A DNA stretch of 26,392 nucleotides, from positions 1 to 26,392 of the IMG/VR virus record IMGVR_UViG_3300010354_000538. One strand, written 5' to 3'. The translations under genes were made by a program, and so were the position numbers. The notes beneath the pieces are model-generated. The model worked only from the letters and a program-made list of their open reading frames with translations. It was not told where the DNA came from and searched no databases. Positions 7,090-15,220 of the stretch are shown here, in pieces (the stretch's first letter is position 1; the number at the start of each line of letters is the position of its first letter). The stretch is from a virus. Taxonomy: Duplodnaviria > Caudoviricetes.

Positions 7090-8962
7090 CGGTGCCGACA
7101 GTGTACGACAGCTTGAACGTGAAGGGCAGGGCCGTGCCGAACAGTTCGTTGGACCAGATGAAGATGGACTTGGCGATGGTCTCTCGGACTACGGCCGGGT
7201 TCGTCTGGCTGGTGGTAAAGATCAGCTCGTCGTGCAACTGGAGGTTGAAACGGTACTGGTCGACCGTGTCCTGCATGAGGCAGGACTGGATCATCGTCAT
7301 GAACACGGCGGACGTGCCCTGTACCATGAACGAGGTGGTGTCGTGGATGGTGCGGGCAGGGCTGTGGTTGTAGAGGATGTCCGCTTCCATGAGGCGGAGC
7401 TTGCCTGCCTTGCCGTCGTCGAACCACATCGAACGGGTGTTGGCGTAGTCCTGCCAGCCGGAGAAGACGGGTAGGGCACGGACCTCGGGCAGGGTGACGA
7501 GCCTGCCGGTCGTGGCGATGGCGGTGCGCCATGCCTTCTCGGGTCCGCCGCCGTTGACCCCCACCAGCAGGGCGGTCTTGGCGAGGTTGCGGTCGCCGGG
7601 CAGGGCGAGGTACGGGTCGTGGGCGAAGGCGAAGTCCCGCATCTTGCGGTCACGGGAGATTGCTGCAGCGACACGGAGCTCGAAGGCGGTCATGTCCATG
7701 CGGTACACGGGCAGGCCGTCGTGGTTCGTGATCAGCTCGCGGATGTCCTTCGACCAGGTCTGTGCTGCAGGGCGCCGGCACGACAGGCGGACGGACTGCA
7801 CTCCGCCCTCGTCGGTGGGGGCTCCGTACCAGGAGGGGTAGCAGAACACCTGGTCGCCGAGGGTGAAGCAGCCGGATGGGACGTACTGCTCGTTGCCACG
7901 GTGGATTCGCTGCGACAGGATCTTGCGGATCTCCTGCTCGATGCTGTGCTCGGAGGCGTGGGTCGAGATGTACTCGAGGAGCTGGGCGTCGTGGTCGTTG
8001 GGGTTGCGCTCCCGGAGGATGGCGGCGAGGACCTTGCGGTTCTCCCGGTTGTTGCGGACGCCGCGCTTCTTGTCGGAGTACTCGAGCAGGCGCGAGTCGT
8101 GCAGGTCCAGCATGAAGTCGGATGCTGCGGACGAGGCGCGGTCGATCAGCTCGGATTGGGAGGAGCCGCTGCCCTCGCCGGCCAGGAAGATCTCCGACCT
8201 ATACAGCTCGGCGCCGATCACTTCGGCGGTGTGGGCCAGGTTGTCGGCGGCGCAGTGCAGCTCGTAGCGGTTGAAGTGCTGGCCGTTGTGCGAGAGATCG
8301 AGGATGTTCCACAGCCGGTCGGAGTGGAAGAGGATGGCGGACGGCGTGAGCTTGCGGCCCTGCTCGTCGTGGATCCGCTGGGCCAGGGCACGGGCGGCGA
8401 GCACTGCGTTGTGCGTGTCCTGCGCGTTGTACTTGATGGCGTCGGCGCACATGGGGAACGGGAACTTGCCGGCCTTGAGCGTGCGTTCGTAGGTGAAGGC
8501 TCCGAGTGCGGGGCCGAGCGCCTTGAGCGAGCGCTCCTTGCGGGTACCGGAGTGCAGCCACGACAGGATGATCGTGTCCACAAGGGTTGGCAGCGGGTAC
8601 TCGACGAGCCACGAGGCGAAGCCGGAGAACTCGCGCAGGTACGACAGGTCGTACACGATGTTCGATCCGACGATGGTGTCTGCCTTGCGGACCAGGTCGA
8701 GGACCAGGTGCTGCTCGGTGCACATGTCGAAGACCGCCGTCTCCTGCGGTTCCCAGCCGGTGGGGTCCGAGGGTTCGCCGGAGACGATGGTCACGGCGCA
8801 CTGCGGGACGAGGCGGCACGGCAGGTGGACTCGGTCGATCTGCTTGGAGAGGGCGGGGTTGAAGACGGTCTGGTCAGGACACGCACCGGAGCCCTTGTCC
8901 CAGCAGGAGAAGGCGCCGTAGGTCTCGATGTCGAGGGAGATGATGAGCGGCTTAGTACTCAC
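7061..8962 (-). CDS. polA: Family A DNA polymerase with 3'-5' exonuclease, highly divergent
   Basis: ExoI LDIET, ExoII NIVYD, ExoIII YNAQD; RLSC..P..Q, motif A DMTAFELR, motif B RNLAK, VQGTSA, motif C QLHDEL. Confidence 0.9.
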   Translation of the reverse strand: MSTKPLIISLDIETYGAFSCWDKGSGACPDQTVFNPALSKQIDRVHLPCRLVPQCAVTIVSGEPSDPTGWEPQETAVFDMCTEQHLVLDLVRKADTIVGSNIVYDLSYLREFSGFASWLVEYPLPTLVDTIILSWLHSGTRKERSLKALGPALGAFTYERTLKAGKFPFPMCADAIKYNAQDTHNAVLAARALAQRIHDEQGRKLTPSAILFHSDRLWNILDLSHNGQHFNRYELHCAADNLAHTAEVIGAELYRSEIFLAGEGSGSSQSELIDRASSAASDFMLDLHDSRLLEYSDKKRGVRNNRENRKVLAAILRERNPNDHDAQLLEYISTHASEHSIEQEIRKILSQRIHRGNEQYVPSGCFTLGDQVFCYPSWYGAPTDEGGVQSVRLSCRRPAAQTWSKDIRELITNHDGLPVYRMDMTAFELRVAAAISRDRKMRDFAFAHDPYLALPGDRNLAKTALLVGVNGGGPEKAWRTAIATTGRLVTLPEVRALPVFSGWQDYANTRSMWFDDGKAGKLRLMEADILYNHSPARTIHDTTSFMVQGTSAVFMTMIQSCLMQDTVDQYRFNLQLHDELIFTTSQTNPAVVRETIAKSIFIWSNELFGTALPFTFKLSYTVGTGEARVHHSC

Positions 8963-9194
8963 GGGCTTCGTACTCCTGGAGTTGGGAGAGCAGATGGGTG
9001 TTGCGTTCGCGCAGTTGCTTGTTGACTCTGCGCAGCATGGCGATCTCCTCGATGGTCTGACGGAGGGCGCGCTTGTCCGCGAACGAGGAGTCCTTCGCGG
9101 CGCTGCTTGCGTAGCGAGAGATGAGCTGCGAGAGGATGTCGGATGGGCCGAGGCAGGTGGCGCCGGCGTGCTGAAGCCAGGTGTCGTCGGTCAT
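8952..9194 (-). CDS. Hypothetical protein with C-terminal coiled coil (80 aa)
   Basis: ATG 9194 preceded by GGAG; alternative start 9215. Confidence 0.65.
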   Translation of the reverse strand: MTDDTWLQHAGATCLGPSDILSQLISRYASSAAKDSSFADKRALRQTIEEIAMLRRVNKQLRERNTHLLSQLQEYEAREY

Positions 9195-9215
9195 GGATGT
9201 CTCCGGATAAACCAT

Positions 9216-9255
9216 GCGGGCGGCGGGGTTCCGTCGTCTCGGTCCCGCCGCCCGC
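9216..9255. promoter_or_regulatory. 12-bp intergenic hairpin
   Basis: GCGGGCGGCGGG (9216-9227) / CCCGCCGCCCGC (9244-9255). Confidence 0.6.
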
Positions 9256-9279
9256 TGGGCAGAAAGGCTTTTGGTTGTG

Positions 9280-9618
9280 TTACTTCTGTCGACGGAATCC
9301 AGGCGTCGCTGGATTTGATGGGTTCAGGTTGCGCCACTTGATATTCGAAGTGTTTGCCTGTTCCTGCTGCTGTCGCTCAGCGAACTTTTGCGAGTTTGCG
9401 TACTCGATCAATCTTGCGAGCGTCGGTTTGTTGTTCGCAAAGTTGTCCGACAGCAACTTGCGCATGTCGGCGATGGACATCCCGGCTTGGCGTGCGTGTT
9501 CGGCAAGCCTTGCGGAATCTCTGAGCAGGGCACGTCTCTTGTCCTGCTGAATGCGTGACCGCGTGATCTCCGCAATAATCTGTCTCGTGGACATCAGTTC
9601 GGGATCTTCATTGTCCAT
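9280..9618 (-). CDS. Hypothetical basic helical protein, possibly nucleic-acid binding
   Basis: 112-aa ORF in operon orientation; 'ARQAGMSIADMRKLL' is HTH-like; lower GC (31/60 at 9361-9420). Confidence 0.55.
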   Translation of the reverse strand: MDNEDPELMSTRQIIAEITRSRIQQDKRRALLRDSARLAEHARQAGMSIADMRKLLSDNFANNKPTLARLIEYANSQKFAERQQQEQANTSNIKWRNLNPSNPATPGFRRQK

Positions 9619-9628
9619 GCAGTAGATG

Positions 9629-9912
9629 GTACCCCCAACAGCCAGAGCCTTATCGTGGTGATCGCTAGTAGCGTCGACTGTGCGCGGATATCACGGCAGG
9701 GAGTCGAGAGGCATGGATGCTCAGAGGAGGTCGGATGGCTGGGGGATACGGACGCACCTTCCCGCCGCTGTACTGGCGACGGATCTATGGTGCGCCCCAC
9801 GTGGACATGGTCATGGCCTTGACCTTGTCCGCTGTGGCTTGGTGGGGCAGGGTCCCGACGCACGCAGTCGACACATGTCGATGCGCCTCGTCAGAGAGTC
9901 GGGCCCTGCCCC
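9629..9912 (-). ncRNA. Candidate structured RNA or cis-regulatory leader (four abutting stem-loop domains)
   Basis: Stems at 9844-9912, 9797-9837, 9750-9797 and 9629-9749 fill a gap with no credible CDS; see findings. Confidence 0.45.
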
Positions 9913-9918
9913 GTGTGG

Positions 9919-10536
9919 TTACCAGGGCTTGGGGAGGTACGCGTCACGGGAGCAGAGCTTGCCGATGACGTTGCACTCCGGGCCACGGACGTAGGCGTCC
10001 TCCTTCTTGGTGATGGGGAGGTCGGTGCCCGTGAAGTTGGGGACCTGCTTGCCGAGCGGGTACTCGACGTCCATCGGGTGCAGGCAGTCGATGAACTCAG
10101 CAGCCTCGGAGGACGGCGGCATCATGCGGCACGGCTCGTCGAGGATCTTGTAGAAGAGGCGGGCGTACAGGTCACGATCGCACAGGTGGTTGGTGTTGAT
10201 GAGGTAGACGCCGCACTTTGCGAGCGCCTCGATGATGGTCCACAGCTCGTCGTGCAGGTCGGCCGTGGCGGACAGCTCCTGGATCGGGACGGGGATGATG
10301 CCGTGCTCGAGGATCATCTGCCTACCGGTCACGGTCGGCGCCTCCTCGAGGTCGTACACCATGGTCCAGTACATGCGGTCCTTGTTGTCGGGATCGGCGG
10401 ACTCGACGAGCTGGTTGATGCGGCAGTCGCGCTCGTAGAAGCGCTGCTTCTTGAGCTCGGTGATCTCCTTCCTGAGCTGCTTGATGGGGTGCGGGCTGGT
10501 GAACGGACGGGTGCGGGCTGCGAATGCGGTGGTCAC
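9919..10536 (-). CDS. Conserved-looking hypothetical protein (205 aa)
   Basis: GTG start in GTGA overlap with GGAG SD; motif LW..IEALAK.GVYL..TNHL.DRDLY and terminal RDAYLP. Confidence 0.75.
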   Translation of the reverse strand: MTTAFAARTRPFTSPHPIKQLRKEITELKKQRFYERDCRINQLVESADPDNKDRMYWTMVYDLEEAPTVTGRQMILEHGIIPVPIQELSATADLHDELWTIIEALAKCGVYLINTNHLCDRDLYARLFYKILDEPCRMMPPSSEAAEFIDCLHPMDVEYPLGKQVPNFTGTDLPITKKEDAYVRGPECNVIGKLCSRDAYLPKPW

Positions 10537-10751
10537 AGTGACTCCTTCTCGTTGAGCTGGGCCTTGAGCTGGTCGATCTCGTCGATGAGCTTCTTGATGT
10601 GGTCGCCGGCGTGGATCAGGCGCATGCGGGCGTCGAGGCCGTTCTTCGCCAGGTCGGTGAGCGTCTGCGTGCCGAAGCTGTAGTTGTTGATGTAGTACTT
10701 GTCGTTGTGCTCGATGAAGTCGAGCGCGGACTGGACGATGCCCTTGGTCAT
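10533..10751 (-). CDS. Hypothetical protein with coiled-coil C-terminus (72 aa)
   Basis: TGATG coupling to the UDG stop; AGAAAG SD; strong GC3. Confidence 0.75.
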   Translation of the reverse strand: MTKGIVQSALDFIEHNDKYYINNYSFGTQTLTDLAKNGLDARMRLIHAGDHIKKLIDEIDQLKAQLNEKESL

Positions 10752-11443
10752 CACGGTTCTTTCTGCCCTGCGGCAAGCAGGAGCTGGTGGGGTGAGACGA
10801 TTCGCGGCTCCGACGCGGAGGGCGTGTCTCCCCTGAGGTGAGAGCGGAGGATGGCGAGGTGATCCGAGACGGAGTGGATCTTGTCCGGGTCACGCAGGAC
10901 TGCGGACGGGTGGAAGGTGGAGAAAAGGTTGAACTGGACGCCTTCGATGGAGAGGGAGAGGCCCTGCTTGAGGAAGGCGTCGGCCTGCTTCATCGACTTG
11001 CCCGTCGCCCACCGGGTCAGGTGTGCGAGCGGATCTGCGCCGGCGCAGAGCGCGGCGCGGAACCGCGCAGCCCCGTAGTTCCTCATGATCGTGAGGAAGT
11101 CCTTGGTGCCGTGCTCCATCCAGCAGGCCCGGTACTGCCTGTTGGTGGGAGCCTTGCCGGTGGGCGTGTAGCAGCGGGCAATGTTGCCGAGCCAGATGTC
11201 AGCGTGGTTGTTGATGCGGGACCCGTTGACGTAGGACTCGGTCATCACTTTGCCCGAGCGTCCTTGCCAGCATGAGTTGGCGACGTCCTCGTGGAAGCCG
11301 GGGTTCATGCCGAGGATCAGGACGACGGCGTCGTGATGTCCGATTTCGTACGGTCGCCACGGCACGCCGGGATTCTTGATCCCTGCGGAGTGCAGGTCGC
11401 AGCGGGTGCACGTTGGCTGGGGATCCAGGATTTTGAGGTTCAT
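10751..11443 (-). CDS. Uracil-DNA glycosylase superfamily protein, family-4-like Fe-S scaffold
   Basis: CTRCDLH, motif 1 GMNPG..E, G.SG, NIARC..P, RAC, motif 2 TFHPSAVLR; ATGA-coupled start. Confidence 0.85.
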   Translation of the reverse strand: MNLKILDPQPTCTRCDLHSAGIKNPGVPWRPYEIGHHDAVVLILGMNPGFHEDVANSCWQGRSGKVMTESYVNGSRINNHADIWLGNIARCYTPTGKAPTNRQYRACWMEHGTKDFLTIMRNYGAARFRAALCAGADPLAHLTRWATGKSMKQADAFLKQGLSLSIEGVQFNLFSTFHPSAVLRDPDKIHSVSDHLAILRSHLRGDTPSASEPRIVSPHQLLLAAGQKEP

Positions 11444-11811
11444 GCCTTGACTTTCCGGCCGACGCCGAAGGTGAGGGACGTGGGTGCGATGCGGATCGAG
11501 AAAGTCTTGCCTTCCTTTGCGCATGTGCGGATGACGTTGATCGAGGCGGTTACGTTCTCGCCGAAGTCGTCGCCGCCCACCAGATGACGGGCGTTGTCGT
11601 ACCACTCCTCGTCGGTGTCGGGGTTGCAGTCCTTTGCGTACGTGACCCAGTTGCTTCCCTCCTTGGTGGTCTCGTTCTTGAAGGTGGGCGATGCGGGCAT
11701 GAGGTAGATGCCCTGGTCGTGGACGAGGAAGAGCTGGGCGTTCGGGTGCTGGTCGAAGTGGGCGACGATGGCGGTGAGATCGGGGATGTTGGTGAACTGG
11801 ACGGTGGGCAT
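11440..11811 (-). CDS. DUF3085-like protein
   Basis: LVHDQGIYLM, YAKDCNP, W......LVGGDDFGE motifs; TGATG-coupled start. Confidence 0.75.
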   Translation of the reverse strand: MPTVQFTNIPDLTAIVAHFDQHPNAQLFLVHDQGIYLMPASPTFKNETTKEGSNWVTYAKDCNPDTDEEWYDNARHLVGGDDFGENVTASINVIRTCAKEGKTFSIRIAPTSLTFGVGRKVKA

Positions 11812-12194
11812 CAGCCTTCTCCTTTGTAGAGTGCGATGGCAGCTGCGCGCTGCAGGTCTTCGACGTCTGAGGAACGGACGGGGACGCGGTTCATCTCCGG
11901 TGCGAGGGACATGCGGGACAGCCACCACTCTGGGGTGGGCAGGAATCCCATGTCCTCCATCACGTGCTGCTCCGCGATCAGGCGGGTGGGGATTTCCTTG
12001 CCCATGACCAGCATGGTGGTGCCGAACTTCTCCTCGCACCAGAAGATGCCGGCGGTGTGGTGGCGCAGGGCGCGGTGGCGTGCGTCACCGAAGAGGGACT
12101 TGGTTTCGTCGAACCATTTGTGGATGTCGATGTAATGTTGCCAGGTTCCGCCGTGCTTTTTCTGGGACGACAGTGCGTGGTGGTAGGGGTGCAT
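11811..12194 (-). CDS. DUF6915-like His-rich protein
   Basis: HPYHHA.SS.KK.GG, IH.WFD.TK, RHRALRHH..GIF, EQHV.ED motifs. Confidence 0.75.
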   Translation of the reverse strand: MHPYHHALSSQKKHGGTWQHYIDIHKWFDETKSLFGDARHRALRHHTAGIFWCEEKFGTTMLVMGKEIPTRLIAEQHVMEDMGFLPTPEWWLSRMSLAPEMNRVPVRSSDVEDLQRAAAIALYKGEG

Positions 12195-12658
12195 CAGAAG
12201 GGCTGCTCCTCGTCTTCGTAGGTGGTGACGTTGGTGGTGTGCTCGTGCTTACGGGTGCCGTCGGCCTTGAAGACGAAGGCACCGGAGCCACCGTCGTCGA
12301 TCTCCCATCCGGGGTACCTCTTGCACAGGATCTCGCCGAGCTCACGGTAGATGGCGTTGATGTCGTGCTTGTCCATGACGTCGCTGATGATGCGGGCATG
12401 GGCTTTCTTCACCTGGATTCGCTGGATGTCCTCGTCTCCGTATGGCTTGTACTCACCAGACGTGATGTGTTGTGCGTACCAGCCCGAGATGTTCTCGTAG
12501 TCGTGGTCTTGCGGGGTGAAGTGGACGTGGAAGTCGTCGAACCAGCCGTCGTCGCCCGAGCCGTTGTAGACGATGCGGACATGAAGGGGCTGGTCGGGAA
12601 ATGCCGCACGGATGGCGGCGACGAATGCGTCAGTCAGTGGGGTCACGGGGTTCGGCAT
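12194..12658 (-). CDS. DUF6878-like protein
   Basis: YNGSGDDG and GWEIDDGGSG motifs; GAAGGAG SD before MPNP. Confidence 0.7.
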   Translation of the reverse strand: MPNPVTPLTDAFVAAIRAAFPDQPLHVRIVYNGSGDDGWFDDFHVHFTPQDHDYENISGWYAQHITSGEYKPYGDEDIQRIQVKKAHARIISDVMDKHDINAIYRELGEILCKRYPGWEIDDGGSGAFVFKADGTRKHEHTTNVTTYEDEEQPF

Positions 12659-12992
12659 CGTGGTCTCCTTCAAAGTGCGGGTCGTTGACGGTCTTGTCTG
12701 CCCATTCCTGGATGGTCTCGTCGATCTCGGGTCCGAGTTCCTTGAGCGCGGTCTTGATGCGCCCGTCCATGTCCTTGCCCGAGCCGAACTTCCAGGTCAT
12801 GGCCTTGGTACCCGATGGTGGGGTCAGCGAGGCGATGTAGAGGCCGGCGTTGTATGAGGGGGTGAAGAGCATGCGTCCGTCCTCGAGTCGCTCCTTGTAT
12901 CGGATGATGGAGATGTCGTAGGAGAGGGACAGGGTTCCGTGCTTGTCGGACTCGAACATGAACGTGTGCTGGGTGTTCTTGCGTCCTTTCAT
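12630..12992 (-). CDS. Hypothetical protein (120 aa)
   Basis: MKGRKNTQ start in ATGA overlap with GGAGG-like SD; C-terminal part of the track's 468-aa ORF. Confidence 0.7.
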   Translation of the reverse strand: MKGRKNTQHTFMFESDKHGTLSLSYDISIIRYKERLEDGRMLFTPSYNAGLYIASLTPPSGTKAMTWKFGSGKDMDGRIKTALKELGPEIDETIQEWADKTVNDPHFEGDHDAEPRDPTD

Positions 12993-13789
12993 GTGGCGAC
13001 CTCGATCATGTGGGTGAGGATGTTGTGGGCACGGGACATGCGCTCGGGCGTGGAGATGGGGCTGAGCGAGAGCTTCTCTACTTCGGTGACGGCGTTCATC
13101 ACGTCGCCGAAGTGGATGTCTCTGGATTCTCGGGGGAAGAACCCGCCGGGTCCGTCGGGTCGTGTGATCTCCTCGCGCAGGCGGCGGACGTTGCGCCAGG
13201 AGACTGCCTCGTGGGCGGCGAGTTCGACGCAGACGTGGTCGACTGCGACGTTCTCGTGGTCGGTCTCGAAGATTTCCTTCAGGTAGTGCGTGTCCATCTG
13301 CGCGTGCGAGCGGAGGAAGGACTTGGCGGAGTGGAGGAAGTTCATCATGGCGGAGGCCATGATCTGGGGTAACTGCTTCGACAGGCCGGGCGTGTTCTTG
13401 CGGTTGAAGTGGAACGCGTCGGTGCCGGCGAACGCCATGTTGTCGCAGACAAAGGTGTGGCGGGCGAGGATCCCGTTGGCGGCGAAGCGCTGGTTCCACG
13501 AGTTGCGGAAGCCCAGGCCCAGCGCGCTGCCGGTGGGGATGTCGAGCTGGTCGTGCTCGAGTTCGATGAGACCGAAGAACTCGTCGCCGCCCGTGTCTCC
13601 GGGCTTGATGGCGTACTGCTCGGTGATGATGCGGGCACCCATGAAACGGAGGGTGTCCTTGATGGAGTTGGCGTAGTCCTCGTGGTGGAGCGGGCACCAT
13701 GTGGAGGTGGGCTCGGGTGCCACGAGGGTGGCGAGGCCGGCGGTGTCGATGGGTTCGGCGCCGGCGTGCAGGTAGAGACGGTTGGACAT
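12989..13789 (-). CDS. DUF932/DUF945-like protein
   Basis: TW.P..H, LGFRNS.N, FVCDNMAF, H...T pattern; GAGG SD. Confidence 0.75.
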   Translation of the reverse strand: MSNRLYLHAGAEPIDTAGLATLVAPEPTSTWCPLHHEDYANSIKDTLRFMGARIITEQYAIKPGDTGGDEFFGLIELEHDQLDIPTGSALGLGFRNSWNQRFAANGILARHTFVCDNMAFAGTDAFHFNRKNTPGLSKQLPQIMASAMMNFLHSAKSFLRSHAQMDTHYLKEIFETDHENVAVDHVCVELAAHEAVSWRNVRRLREEITRPDGPGGFFPRESRDIHFGDVMNAVTEVEKLSLSPISTPERMSRAHNILTHMIEVAT

Positions 13790-14151
13790 GTGGTTCCTCA
13801 GGATTGGAGGTGCTTGCAAAGGTACGGGTACAGGTTCGAGGTTTCGTTGCCGTGGTTCTGCTCGGACTGGAACTTCTTGAGCCAGGCAAGAGCCTTCTCT
13901 TCGCTGCCCCAGCATCCAGATGGGATGCGGTTGATGAACAGCATGACGATGGACTTGAGCGCGGTGACGTTGTCCTTGTCTGCGTAGGCGACGGCCATCT
14001 TGAGGTCGTTGCGGATGCAGTTCCAGATAAAGTCACCGGGATGGATTCCCTGCAGGACGTAGCGTGCGATGGATCCCATCGTGCGTGCGGGGATGTCCTT
14101 GACGTAGGGCGGGTCGTCGGTCTCGATGAGCGCGTTCATGTGGTTCCTCAG
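13787..14151. repeat. 15-nt direct repeat flanking one gene
   Basis: CATGTGGTTCCTCAG at 13787-13801 and 14137-14151 (- strand: C-TGA-GGAACCAC-ATG). Confidence 0.9.
13798..14139 (-). CDS. Phage hypothetical protein (PGDF...NDL..A...AD..N...CWGS)
   Basis: Clean SD and ATG; flanked by identical 15-nt junction sequences. Confidence 0.75.
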   Translation of the reverse strand: MNALIETDDPPYVKDIPARTMGSIARYVLQGIHPGDFIWNCIRNDLKMAVAYADKDNVTALKSIVMLFINRIPSGCWGSEEKALAWLKKFQSEQNHGNETSNLYPYLCKHLQS

Positions 14152-14492
14152 AAGGGGACGGAGTCGTCGATAAGGTGGCAGTCGCCGACGTCAACGAGAC
14201 GGGCCGGCGGTTCCATGTCGGGGCCGAGGATGTATTCGCATCGGCCGGAGTCGAAGTCGTCGATGCGGCAGGAGACCATGGACTTGCGGACCTCGGTCTT
14301 GAGCTGGTCCGAGAGGGATTGCCAGTGACGCTTGGCATTGTCGGTGCCGTGGCTGTTCTCTGGGTAGTGCCAGGTCTGCTCGACCATGGGTTCGTTGGAG
14401 ACCCACATGGATCGGATCATGGAGGACATGGCAGGGAGGAGGGTGGCGTCGATGAGGACGCCACCCTGCCTGCGGGTGATGATGGTGGGCAC
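14148..14492 (-). CDS. Hypothetical protein (114 aa)
   Basis: GTG start with AAGGAG SD; tiles the operon. Confidence 0.7.
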   Translation of the reverse strand: MPTIITRRQGGVLIDATLLPAMSSMIRSMWVSNEPMVEQTWHYPENSHGTDNAKRHWQSLSDQLKTEVRKSMVSCRIDDFDSGRCEYILGPDMEPPARLVDVGDCHLIDDSVPF

Positions 14493-14496
14493 GGAG

Positions 14497-15111
14497 TTAC
14501 TCCTTGATGGTGCGGCCTTCGCAGACCCAGGTCTGGGTGACCTGGTCGACCGTCACGCCGCTGATGTGGGTGATGATGCGGTCGATGCGGTATGCGCTGA
14601 CGATGCGGGTGCGGACGGAGTCGGGAGTGGTGCGCCCGAAGCCGTTGACGATGGCCTCGAGGATGGGTTGCGAGTCGGCCGCTGCGTCGAGCGCGGTCTC
14701 GGGCTGGGGCTGCGCGTGCTGTGGCTGGCGCAACTTGCCTGCTGACATGGACAGGCCCTCGGCACGGAGGATCATCTCCCATGCCTTGTGCTGTGCCATG
14801 CGCTCCTGGTGCAGGACCCAGTCCACCTCACCGTTGCGGTTGGTGGGGTAGAGCGGGCCGCCGACGTGCTCGTCGAGCTGCTCGTAGATGGCGCGCATCT
14901 GTCGGCCGTCATCGGTGATGCCGTGGGCGTCGAGCTCCGGGTCGGAGTCGAAGTCGTCGATGAAGTTGCCGTCCTCGTCCTCCTTGCAGAGGTGCGCGTC
15001 GAGGACACGGGAGACGTCGGCCTCCCAGCGGTTCTGACGGACGAAGGAGGACGACATCGGGAGATGCGCGGCCATTGCCTCGAGGAGGATGGCGTCGTGA
15101 ACGAGTGACAT
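14497..15111 (-). CDS. Hypothetical acidic protein (204 aa)
   Basis: MSLVHD start with AGAAAGG SD. Confidence 0.7.
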   Translation of the reverse strand: MSLVHDAILLEAMAAHLPMSSSFVRQNRWEADVSRVLDAHLCKEDEDGNFIDDFDSDPELDAHGITDDGRQMRAIYEQLDEHVGGPLYPTNRNGEVDWVLHQERMAQHKAWEMILRAEGLSMSAGKLRQPQHAQPQPETALDAAADSQPILEAIVNGFGRTTPDSVRTRIVSAYRIDRIITHISGVTVDQVTQTWVCEGRTIKE

Positions 15112-15160
15112 GGTTGCCTTTCTGCTGGTGATGATGAACTGCTGGTGAGTACGCGCACGG

Positions 15161-15195
15161 AGGGTGGGGCTGCCGCTTCGGGCTGGCCCCACCCT
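15161..15195. promoter_or_regulatory. Intergenic hairpin
   Basis: AGGGTGGGGC (15161-15170) / GCCCCACCCT (15186-15195) with further inner pairing. Confidence 0.6.
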
Positions 15196-15220
15196 GCGAG
15201 CGGATGGGTTGCGCTTGGCG

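Noticed and set aside
9860-9895. CUGACGAG on the - strand resembling a hammerhead ribozyme core
   Set aside because: A stem follows but the required GAAA and cleavage-site arrangement are absent.
9735-9968. + strand ORF with GAGGAGG before ATG 9735
   Set aside because: Antisense to the operon, overlaps a real gene end and lacks the local codon bias; not fully excluded.
12630-14036. 468-aa ORF from the track
   Set aside because: Only the last 120 aa look coding; the rest is an off-frame overlap of two real genes. The same applies to N-terminal extensions of 9919-10893, 16232-17071 and 15954-16574.
15122-15148. CTGCTGGTGA tandem direct repeat
   Set aside because: Only two 10-nt copies, not noticed in other intergenic regions.
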